Shown here one piece after another: positions 50,752 through 62,500 of a DNA stretch of 64,000 nucleotides (the first letter of the stretch is position 1; every line of letters begins with the position of its first letter). The stretch is from Solemya velum (Eukaryota). A program made the translations under genes and the position numbers. The stretch lies in contig JBHNWI010000006.1 of the NCBI GenBank assembly GCA_048127485.1, forward strand, positions 46,407,358-46,471,357, in the 5' to 3' direction. The notes beneath the pieces were generated by a model. That model saw only the letters and a program-made list of their open reading frames with translations. It was not told where the DNA came from and searched no databases.

Positions 50752-50950
50752 CCGTGGCATAGTGGATAGGGCGCCCGCTCGGCAACTGGGGGGTCGTGGG
50801 TTCGAACCCCGGCCGGGACAAATCAAAATCTTCAAAATTGGTATTCCTTGGGGTGATCCCAGCAAAGGCCCCCAAGCGAGCCTGCAGGGACGGGCCACGG
50901 GAAAGGTCTTTTGGTGGGATTACCAAACCAACATGCTACAGGTGGTGTAA
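50752..50950 (+). repeat. SINE with a distinct tRNA-like head fused to the family A conserved core, truncated after the core.
   Basis: 'gccgtggcatagtggatagggcgcccgctcggcaactggggggtcgtgggttcgaaccccggccgggac' then 'aaatcaaaatcttcaaaattggtattccttgg'. Confidence 0.65.
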
Positions 50951-51096
50951 ATATATATAAATTGTAGCGACCGATTCGGGTGAAATTGTAGCGGTCAGTT
51001 CGGGTGAAACTGTAGCGGCCGATTTGGTTGGCGACCGGTTCGGGTGTAATTCCTTATTCTAGACCACTGTCACCTGACATAAATAATGTTGTTTGA

Positions 51097-51285
51097 TTTG
51101 TGGATGAGAACGAGGCTAGTTTCGGTTTCACTTCCGTGGAGTCCGACGTTTGGAAAGCGAATGGTGTGAAAAAACACATCTTTTTATCACTCGTTTAATG
51201 GTAATAACATTCCAAAATATGCAATATCCATTTAGTATAGATCTAGTGCGAAACGTATCCATATTTATTTACAACAATGAGATAA
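51097..51285 (+). repeat. About 190-bp dispersed repeat, copy 1. It is a direct repeat of 54917-55100.
   Basis: 'tttcggtttcacttccgtggagtccgacgtttggaaagcgaatggtg...tttatcactcgtttaatggtaataacattccaaaatatgcaatatccatttagtatagatctagtg' is near-identical to the 54.9-kb copy. Confidence 0.7.
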
Positions 51286-51707
51286 AATTATGTAACAGAA
51301 GGAATAGATTAATCTTTTCTACGTGTTTTATGGCCTACTACTTTTAGTTTCACTTTCGTTTTGGGAATTCCATTTATCGAATATTCTAAAAACTTAGTCT
51401 TTTGTTCATTTATATATAGCGTATGACATAATTGTATGTGGTTTTCTATTTACGCGTATATCTTTCACAGATTTGTTGGATGTTAGGTAAGTTTCGACAG
51501 AGAAAATATCTAAGACGTCGATTGCGTACTGTACTGTGTTTATAAGTTCATTACCCTAAGCCTACCTGAGTATTTATTCTGATATTAATAGGTTTTAAAC
51601 AGGCATATACATTCACACTCTTCTCAAGGTCATGATCAGCACCTAATTTTCAAGAATTCCTTACTGGTACTCTTAATTTTTATAATGACTCCCAATAAAG
51701 GTAATAG

Positions 51708-53277
51708 GTCGTTCCGGCCCCAAACCGTCGGCGTCCCGCAGTCGTTCCGTCCCCAAACCTGGCTGACCCCAGTGGATCCGTCCCCAGTCGATCCGTCTCC
51801 AAAGTATAAATATAAATCAAAGGTATATATGCATAATTTATTAACGAATTAAATATTCACAAATAAGAAATATATACATTTCAACAATTTCAATATCTTT
51901 TAGTGCTGTCATGAGTTAACCCGATAACGTCCACGTTCGAAGACGTTTACACCAAAAACGTCTACAAAAATTGTACAAAACGTCCACAGTTTTAGTCGAG
52001 AACGTCTACAAAAAATTGATAACAGCTACAAAGGAAAAAGACTAGAATAGTTATTATTTTTTTTTAATAACATCGTTAATTTTGTTTTCAAACAGCATAT
52101 TATTCATCATTTATATAAACAGCATATTATCTATCATTTATATTAACAGCATATTATATATCATTTATATCATTTCATTAATAAACGGGCAATGGCGGCC
52201 ACAGTCTGTCTAGGTGTAAATTCTTTAGCTTCGTACCGTCCCCAAATACCATGAAGGGTCTCATTGAAAGTTCTTGTTTCTTTCCGGGAAATCCTGAGAT
52301 TTGATCGTCGGCAGCTTGTTAAGAGATAGTAATCAAAACAGTTGGCTATTACATATTTCAATATCAAGTGGGAATGATTTTAATAAGTACATTGTATTAT
52401 TAAATTTACAGCAACACAAACACAAAACAAAAACATTATAAGAAATGTGTAAGGCCTAAAGAAAGGTAGCTCAAAACGGCAACAGATTTTATTCACAATC
52501 AATGTTTAGACATACAACGCATACTACAGAAATAATTCTACCTCAAACAATTTCAACAACCTCACTGTTATACAATATATCAATTTTACATGTTTTATTT
52601 TTCAAACTTTATAGCAGGTGACCTTTTTGTAGACGTTATGAACTATTTTGTAGACATTTTGGTGTGGACGTTTTGGTTTATACATTTTTGAACGTGGGCG
52701 TTATGCGCCCCTGACATTTCGGTTAGTTCGTTCGGTCACGTTTCAATCTTCTTCAACAGTTGGCGTCGCAAAAGGCTCCCCGCTGCAGTGAGAGAGGCGG
52801 AGGTTTTGAGTTTGGCTTATTATTGTTGTTTCAGTCATGTCGGTGATTAGTGTTAATTGGTCTTTGAATATACTTCCGACACAAAGCTGAGTGAGCTTAT
52901 TTTTGTTTTTTCAGTCATGTCAGCATTGATGAGTTAATTTTAAGTTATTGAAAAAAAAAGATTGTTTTTATCGAAATTGAATTTTAACCATCACAAAATA
53001 AGAGTTGCTGTTGTCATGAAACAATTTTCATTTAAAACTGTTAGGTTATTTTTCTTGTTTCCGTTTTCTAAGATATAAGATATATATTTCTTTCCTAAAA
53101 TATTTTCATATTTTACTGCATATTTCAATGCACATTTAATTTAATTTGTACATCGAAAATATCTATAAACATAAGGGGATGGATCGACCACGGTAACTGT
53201 GGTCGGACTTGACTTGGGGACGGATTGACTAGGGATGGATCCACTGGTGACGCAGCGACCTTGTGGCCGGAACGACC
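51708..53277. mobile_element. Foldback / long-TIR non-autonomous DNA element of about 1.57 kb with no transposase ORF.
   Basis: The left terminus 'ggtcgttccggcc...ccagtggatccgtcccc agtcgatccgtctcc' is mirrored by the right terminus '...ggggacggattgactagggatggatccactgg...ggccggaacgacc'. A second inverted pair lies inside: 51945-52030 'acgtccacgttcgaagacgtttacacc aaaaacgtctacaaaaattg' versus 52600-52700 'cctttttgtagacgtt...tgaacgtgggcgtt'. Confidence 0.7.
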
Positions 53278-54916
53278 CTAAATCCTCAATAAGTAGTCAG
53301 AGTTCTCCAACCCTCGCCCTAGGCTAAACCATAGGTGCTCGACTACAGGGCAGAGTCTATTAATTCTTTCACATATACATTCTGTAGAGACCACCTCTAT
53401 ATAAAGAAAACTTGTCTACAAAGACCACTTAATTTCAGTCCAAACAAGTTAAATTAGGTACAATTTAACTTGCATATAATGACCACCTGTACATTGAGAC
53501 CACTTTTGTATGATCCCCTGGGTGGTCTTCATAGACAAGTTTGACTGTATTACACTGAAAGCTGATGGAAACAAAGTATTGGCATGGAAATATATTTTAT
53601 TACTAATTTTATAACATTATGAACTGTATCCAAGCATTATTATACATTACATGTAGTTAACAACGAATAAATGCGATTAACATAAACACACTTATGTACA
53701 TGTATAGACAGAAAAAACCTGCAATCATCCGCAAGCCACCAACAGCTTTCTAACAAGCGAGTTCAAGATGACTCTGCTGTTGAAACAAAGTTTGCTCAAA
53801 ACAAACCTTGCCACCAGTGAGGCTTAAACCTGGAACATTGAGATGTGAGAGATGCCGGAATTATATGCTGAGATCAGGGCCTTATTCCCCCAGCTACGAC
53901 GGAGGCCCCCTAACCAAATACTATTAACATGAAAACACATGTGTACATACACACAGACTCTGTATCACACAGCCTAGACATAATACACATACATTAGTTA
54001 ACAAACATAACAAGAACATGTCCAACACACACACATAATCAATCTACCCTAGAGATACAAATACAGACATGTTCACAAATAACCTTGATAAAACATAATC
54101 AGTGGCAGGGTGGGTGCGTAAAGATTCTTCAATCCACTAATCCTTCCCGCTTCACCATATATACCCGAGTTGACTAGCTCATTAACATAAAAATGACTAG
54201 TGAGTATTTCATTCTTCTGCAATCGATTCACTATGACTAACCTCAATTCTACTGTTATTACAACATGAACATACAGTCAACGTTTATTTGGACATGATAG
54301 AAACATATTACATGTATGATACTCCAATAAATTTATTTATGTGAATTTATAATTATTCAGTTTGAGATCAAAGTTTATCACTTACAGTACAAGGAAAATA
54401 CAAATGCCAATAAAATATAAATAAATAGATTGGATGGATTCTCTATTTTATAGGCTGTGTTGATGCTAATGTTCGATATATTCACTGAAAAATCATTCCT
54501 TTCTTGCTTATTTAGCATACTTCAAAAATTGTGTGTTGAGGGATTATATAAGTCTTGATTTGGTGTTGGGTCAGCTGCCTTTGAGGCATGGGCACACTCT
54601 AGTCACATATTGCTCTATCTGACCGATCATTTTTGGCCATTTTATTGTGCAATTTGTGTAGGGTCAAGTCTTTATCGACTAGGGAATACCAACTGCTGAC
54701 GAACAACTCCTCCTGGCAACTGTGAGAATCTGTACAAAAGCTTCTTGTCGACTTTCAGTTTTGGGCACTCTCTCAACAAGAGTTTTCTGTCATTTCCATT
54801 CAATGTTCCCCCACTGTAGGTTTCCTTCCTTCTGTTACATAAAACAGCACCCTGGAAATAATTCAATGAACTTTCTAAGTTTCCACTAATCTATCATGAC
54901 TGATTGGGGTTATGAT

Positions 54917-55100
54917 ACTGAAATCTCCTTTGGTTTTCGGTTTTATTCCTGCAGAGTCCGAAGTTTGGAAAGACATTGGTGGGAAAGAACCACTTTTTTA
55001 TCACTCGTTTAATGGTAATAGCATTCCAAAATATGCAGTATCTATTTATTATAGATCTAGTGTGTAAATGTATCTATATTAATATACACCACTCTCGGCT
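54917..55100 (+). repeat. About 190-bp dispersed repeat, copy 2.
   Basis: See copy 1. The overlapping track ORFs 51150-51347 and 54976-55158 share 'FITRLMVI[TA]FQNMQY', which is a repeat artefact. Confidence 0.7.
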
Positions 55101-57339
55101 TGTGAACTTGTATGGCTGTAATGTCAATGTGTTTGGAGTCGGACAGAATCGAATATAAATTTTTTCCCTTTGAAGAACAGGTTAGTTACAGACATTATTG
55201 CATTTTTATTTTAGTGCGAAATGTGCCATTTCCATGCATTTATAATGTGAGCTGAGAAGTTGATTTCTTGTGATGAGAACTCGATTAGGTTAGCCAGAAT
55301 GGCACGTATGAGGCATGATTCTGTTCTGTCATAAAATAATTAGTGTGGGTACACATTTTTTCTGAGAAAAGTGCCATAACAACTCTTGGGCTTAATTATA
55401 CATGTATTAAAAACTTTAATTGTCACAGAATGTTCGACCTTTTTTTTAATCCTTTGTTATGCATGATTGGTTGCAAAATCCTGATTTCCTTATTGTTGTC
55501 CTTGTATATCTAGAGGATATTTGTGTTTTTGTTTGTGATTACCTGGTATGTTTTATTGAGTGGTTGAATATTTTCATGAGTGGTGAAATCATGAGTGAAA
55601 ATGTCATAGTTTTTGTAACACAAGATGAAATATTTCAGGTATTCACCAAAAAACCCTGCAGATTTCCTTTTTATAATTCATTTCCCACTTGGTCCGCTAA
55701 AATTGGCCACAAATTGTCGGCTTATCTAGGTCACCTGGTTTGTGATCTCTTCATATCATAGGGATCTATTGCTCAAATCTAGCTTCAAAGATTAAATGAA
55801 CTATACACCATAAAACAGGGAAAGACATGACATAAACTTTTCACTTATATGTATGTTTAACCTCAAACATTGGCATTTATTTCGCTTTCTCCAAACACCA
55901 CGAGGTGAATTTTTTCTAAAATTTGTCTGCTTCTTGTTGACCAATCAGAATTGCTCCCAATTACGAAAAGGGTCGAGCAGTGCCGAATGAGGTGTGAAAG
56001 TATAGAGCTATATTTTCACCAGTGTGAAATATCAACCCTGAAATATGGGTTATATTTCAAGTTTATTTTCCGATATTTCACTAATAATAAAAAAATAAAT
56101 TATAATATACCAGCAATGCAAAATGTGACTAATTAATAATTTGAACATATGCTGAAATATGTACATTCCTATTGTCATTATTTTAGACAGATGTTATGCC
56201 TGACATGAAACCAGCTGTCTAAGACCTATCGATCTTACATTGAAAACAAAATGGCATCAAAAGAAGGTAACTTCTATTTTTTTTCACTTTGTTAGGCTAT
56301 AATTTTGTTTTTTGAATTCACTTGAGGGGGCACCACACAGTTCTGGCTCAAATAGAACTATTCCACCTCCAGTAGACAGTTAACTTTATAACACTTGTTG
56401 ATCAAATAACTATTTATTGATCGTGTTTCATGCTGAAAAGATTGTGGATTGACAGCCGAGGATATCGGGCACAGGTATACATAAAAATGGTGCCTTCTGG
56501 CCAAACACAAAGAGGTAGTTAAGATTTTCAATAATTGAATTTTTCATATAAAGTGATATCTAGCAGTATTATATTGAATGTGAAGTGTTCTGAAATAGTT
56601 GAATGAAAACATGGAGTTGTCCCCCTTACACCATATATGGACCAAGACCATATAATTTCGTTGATTTTATACCACATAATGTAGAGACTATACCAATGAG
56701 TAAAATCATTTGATTTTCTGTGTGAAGTACATTAAATCTCTATAGTATGTTTTTAGAAAACCAACAAATTTTAACTGCTTGCCATAGAGATATTCTAATA
56801 TAGATATCATAGACTGAGAAAGTTTAAAAGGAGCCCCATAATGTCAATTTTCACAGAAGTGAAATAGAAGTTAAATTTGTTATATCATTTAGTTTGTTTA
56901 TGGGAGCTGCCAGTAATTTATATGGCTGGAAAATGGAATCTTTTGTTTTTCTGGAAAGTAGGTCAGAGTAGGAATGTTTTTGACAACACATTTTTAGACA
57001 CTTGCATGGAGCAATCTCTTGGTGATATTGTGGATGAAGTATCATCATTCACGCCGACAAGAGGGAGCTCGATTTCTGACGGTATATCTGGTTGATTATC
57101 ACTGAACACATTATCTTGATCAGTTTTGTCAAATGGGGAGTTCAAAGACTCATGGCTGGTTGCCTTTTGTATATTCTCGAAGGTTGGATCCTCATAACAG
57201 TCAGATTTCTGTGTTTCTCTTAGCACCAGAAAATTTCCTAGCATTATACCATAGACTATCTTTGTGTAAATACATGAGATCTCTTGTTTGACAGTTTACT
57301 GATGGTAACATGCGACCAGATGGACTTTTTCCAACTTCG

Positions 57340-59540
57340 TTATATGGATGATTGGTAGATCTGGTGGTATCCTGACCAAATCACAAGATCAAAATCATTA
57401 ATCTGAAGCTGCGAACCAGTGTACTGATCATGCTGAGTTAGCATTTCATGTAATGAAAATCCTCTTGCTCGGATATGAGTATTCAGTCTTGCCACAGCTA
57501 GAAACAAAACAAATGATAATACTGAACCAGACATTGATATAATAATTCGTGTTCCTGAATAGTCTTTTCCGTCACTGGGTTCTTAATAATGTTTTCAATA
57601 CTGATACCATATTTTGAGAGGATGTCATCATTAACAAGAGAAACAAAACATGATGCCAAATCGGAGCGCAGAACTATAGAAATAGACACAAGTCCAGACC
57701 AAGGGACAGCGGAACATTTTTTATTGTCTTGCACTGTTCAGTTTCAACAAGACCAGTCCTTGTATATGATATTACACATTCTCAAAAAAACAAAAACATT
57801 GTCTCGCTTATTTCATAGTATCCTCTGTGAATGATACTTCTACACTGGCTGGGGGGCTTTCAGAAGATTGTTCACTAACAACATGCGGAACCTTTTGTAA
57901 TGAAGCACAGTGATGGCACGACATGGTCACTCTGTCCAATGTGTCATCCAAATCTAATGCCAAAAAATGATGACGTACAATCAATTTTAGCTGAGTACAA
58001 GATGGGTGATCTAACTTTATGCAGAGCAGTCAACAAGCCCTTGAGAACTTCTCTTGGTACGACAATGCATTCTTCCAGCGAAGGGTCTGTCCATTCCACA
58101 ACTAATAACATGTCCTTTGTAATAGAAACATTGTTCAGATAGTGCTTGACATCTTTAATATTTGTTATCTTTTTGTAGGGACAGTGCCTTGTTTCAGATG
58201 TGCACTTTGATTTTATATTCAACCACATAAACCTTTTAGTGAAAGGTAGTTTGAAAAAATCCAACAAATTGGCATGTGCATTTGAGCAACTTACAACGAA
58301 TTCTCTAGTTTGCAATATGAACAAACAATTTTGGAATTTCTCGTCACTGCAATTTTGTGCCTAACGGCTTGCAAAATTTGAGGGTATATTTGCTGAACCA
58401 GCAAGATTTGAATTTGAGTACAGAATCAACATTGGGCATGGGAGAAGATTGTGGTTTACTGTATCTAGCGACATCGGTGATCGCAGGAACTACCGGTAGT
58501 CTAAATCGACCATTAGACTTTTTTATTAGAAAAGATGGGTTCACATTATTATGACGTACTCTACATTGTTGTTCTAGTTCATTAAATTGGTCTTAGAGCT
58601 CTACAACTTTATCCTTAGAGTACAATTTTTTAGAGGGGCTGTACAGGTCTCATATTAACAACAGCTTTGAAAGGCCCAGACTTGCCATTATAACCCTTAA
58701 AGTTAGGGCTGAACACTTCATTGTACTGTTCAAGTAGAGAACTGATATTTGCTCTATCTGAGCATAAAAGTGTATTGTCTGAATCTACTGCCATTGCTGT
58801 GGAATGTAGTGTGTGTGGCTGTGTATTGACTCAAGAGGTTAGATGCTGTTTGTGTTCCTGCATAGGTAAAGTCCACACTTGAAAATGATCTGGAACGAAT
58901 GTTGTTAAAACTTGACAGAAATGTTCGTTTTTTTTGCAATGTTTGCAGATAATTAGTCAAGTTCACTATTCTGATTTTACCATCAAAACTATGAACAATA
59001 TCTGGAGCTGGCAAATGTTATTATACTCGCTTGGTCTACTACAGCCATCTATACACGATTCAATCGCATAGGTCCCATCCAGAGGCAAGTTTGTCTTGTA
59101 GATCTACTTCAGCATATTCATCAGGAAGCACAGTAGTGTGTATGTTAGGCGCATGCAGTACTTGAGCTCGATGTACAGAATGGCAGGAACTGGCAGACTG
59201 TTGGGCTTCGTATACATAGATTGTACCATCATGAAGAATGGCATGTTTCTTGGCTGGCCAAACACTGATATCATTCAACTCCATGAGATGTGTACTAGCC
59301 AGAATTTCGACGTCTAAATTCTGAACTACTAAACCTCTAAGAAGAGTGAAATCGATGCAAGTTTCACCAACAACAGAGAGTGGTGACAACGAATCAGCAT
59401 GATGTGCGGACTGAGTACTCTTTTCAATTTTGGCACTGAGAACTTTGCAGGTAGAATTTCTTATCATATTCCCAGTTGCCCCGCTTTCAATCATAAGTGC
59501 TGTGTGATAATAGCAAAAGCTGTCGAAGTGAGCCAACTGT
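57340..59540 (-). mobile_element. Degenerate LTR-retrotransposon fragment (aspartic protease plus RT) on the minus strand.
   Basis: ORF 59060-59536(-) has 'ALMIESGATGNMI' (the retropepsin D-S/T-G-A motif). ORF 57944-58324(-) has 'KDVKHYLNNVSITKDM...ILYSAKIDCTSSFFGIRF', resembling RT 'DYR.LN..T.KD.YP...FSKIDL.SGYHQI'. ORF 57498-57734(-) has 'FVSLVNDDILS', a YxDD-like motif. Confidence 0.6.
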
Positions 59541-62500
59541 CAGACCTCTTTCGTTTTCTTCTCCAATTGGAATCCTTTGACTGAAAATCAGGCGAAAAAT
59601 CGGGATCTAATGACAGTGTATACTGCAAGTTTTGTTTCCAATTTTCAAAATTAATTACAGTTTCTGATTTGCCGAGACTCCATTGTTTCAGTGTTTGATG
59701 TCTGCCATGATTTAAAAGTTTGTCTATTCCATGTTTTTTTCGTTTGGACAGTAGTGTGGTGAGCTGTGCTACCCAAACATCTATACCTGCCTGGCTCGTC
59801 ACTTTATGTAAATTGTTGTTACCAATGGTTCGTACTGTATGTATAGCGTGACTTCATATCGTTTCATATCGCTACCACCATGCCAGTCAGAAGTAGTTCC
59901 CCTGGACAACAACGAGTCAAGACACAGACACACACACAAGATTCAATGTAACATTTTAATATATAGCTGCAGTGAAATGCAGTAAAATTGACAACAACAG
60001 ACTATTGAGCGATATGACAATGACGCATGGCTGAAGTTATATTGTACATAAGAGTGTCCACAATAAATTATGGAACACTGACGAAGGTTTGAAGTCCTAT
60101 CAATGTTACTTGATTACGGAAAGATCATTTCACTTTCGGTTTCATTGGTTGGTAAATGATGCCAGCAATCAACAGCGGAAATTTGTGTCTGTGAATACAT
60201 CATTGATTTGGGATAATGTACGAATCAGATAGTTTCTTTCAAAACAAAAAATGAATAATTAAAATACTCCGGATCATATACAGGAAATAGCATGCCTATC
60301 TATTGGCACTCATGCAAGTGTGCGTTACAACACCTCATTTGCATAATTTATTAAGCAGAATGGCAGGAAAGCCAGATTTGTGAAGAATGGTCTGCTCTGT
60401 GAAGGAAATTTAGTTCTTAGTAAATATTGCCTTTACACACAATTTATACCAAATGTTTGTTTCCAGTTTTTGAGAGGCATGAATGATAAGATTTTTATTC
60501 CTGAACAACTTCAACTTGCTGTGGCTACTGTGCCAATCATCATCATAAATCTAGATTGCTACATCACAGATTTTCTATTGGTTGCCTCACTAAATTGAAA
60601 TTAAAAATTATCAATATCTTTTTCGTGTAAATGCTTATTGCAGCTGATACAAGGTATTTGGGTCATGATTGTCACATAGTACATGCAGTCCAGGGGTGCA
60701 GGTATTGGAGACAACACAAAGTCTTATGTGATGTCGCGTCGTTATCCAACGAGAAAAAGAAAGGTGCTAGAGGCACAATCATCCTCTTGTATATCTATCA
60801 AAATAGTCAATTGTGAAATTAAGTAGAATCAAGCTGTGCATTTTTCTGCAGATATATTTCAATTGAATCAATAAAAACTTCAGGTTAGACAAATTTTATT
60901 CTCATTGACTATACACATGTACATGTATGTCAGTATTATGTGATGTGGAATACAAAAGTGATTCAGTACAAGTAGTATGTGTACATGTATTCTGAAATAA
61001 GTGGCTTGAAATAATTATAACATTAGTCAGGATGATTTATGCATATGCAGTTTGCAACAATTAAGTTTTATGTTTTAAAACTTTGGTGCAAATTTTATAT
61101 AAGTGAAAGTTTGTGTCATTTATGTGTCATAATTATATAACATGTTATTTGATTGTCCTATCTAAAATCTAATTTTTAAGCCTGATGCACAGAACCATAT
61201 CTCTAAAAACATCCAAACACAGTGAGAGGTTATGGCGTCACACAATGTTTCCAGTTTTTTTATAATACAACAAATTTGGAGCTTTTTGCATCAAACAATT
61301 ATTTTTTTTCTGAAATATATAGAGCTTTGGTGCTTGTAGTAATGTTCACAAGAGGAATGTATTTCAGGAGAGAGGAGGGGACAAATCATTTTGACAATGG
61401 CCCATTATGGGGTTAAATTAGTAGAACCAGATCCAGAGTTCATAGCTTTCACAGTAGGAAAAAAACAAAGATATTGAGAAAAAAAATTCAAAATGCAACT
61501 GATGATTGGTCAATCTGAACAGGTCATCAGAGAAAATCTTGTGGTATGCCACAGTTAATCAGAACTCCAGGGGGCTGCCTAAAACATGCTTAATCGAGAA
61601 CAGAATAAGATGTTCTTTCACGCTGTCATTAGTATCCAGAATAGTTGATGCATGCACTCACAGTCCTTCAAAATGGCAGCAAATGGAGATGTCAAATTTC
61701 CATTCTTTTTTTGTTCATCATAAACAAATTACAGAAAATTTCTTTACTGAAGAGTGAGAGGAGATTTAGTTAATAAACTGCAGACCAACATGAGTGACAC
61801 CATTTCAAACTGCTGCATACGTGAGATGTGTCGGCTAAATACGATTGCCTAAGACAATGTTCTGATATGACAAATGTTTTTGAGGAAAAAATTTGGTTGA
61901 TTTGACGTTGTTACTTTTTTATTGTTGTATTAGGAGCCATCAATAAAAACAGTTATGTTGAAATACGCATGTTAATTGACCATTCAAGATTAGAATGAAA
62001 TTGTATATGTCGAATAATGACACTGTACAAAAATTATCTGGAGCTATGTCAAAGTTTTAATAATTCATATTTTGTTAAGGGCTCTTTCTGAAATGATAGA
62101 ATTTGATCAATCTTATGAGAGTACTGACTTCTCCCAATCTAAATTTAGCCCCGAGGGAATTCCTTTTATAGGTGAGTATTAGTTGTTATTATCAGTTGTT
62201 GGCATATTAGATTGCATGGAATAGATAGAAAGGAATTTTTCACTTTTATAGACTAGCTATGAAAAATTTCAAGTATTATTATTTTTTTCTTACATTGCTG
62301 TAATTGTGCTAAACAAGCTTCTAAAACAGATCATACTCACCTCAGCTCATCTAACCATTGATTTAGACAGAAACAAAATATCAATGGCAATCTATTGGAA
62401 GGTGCAACTGGACATATCATAATCTAGGCTTGAACGTTTTGAAGTATCTGACCATTCTTCCACTTTTGGGTGGATTTCCCTCATTCTGTTTCAATCTCAG

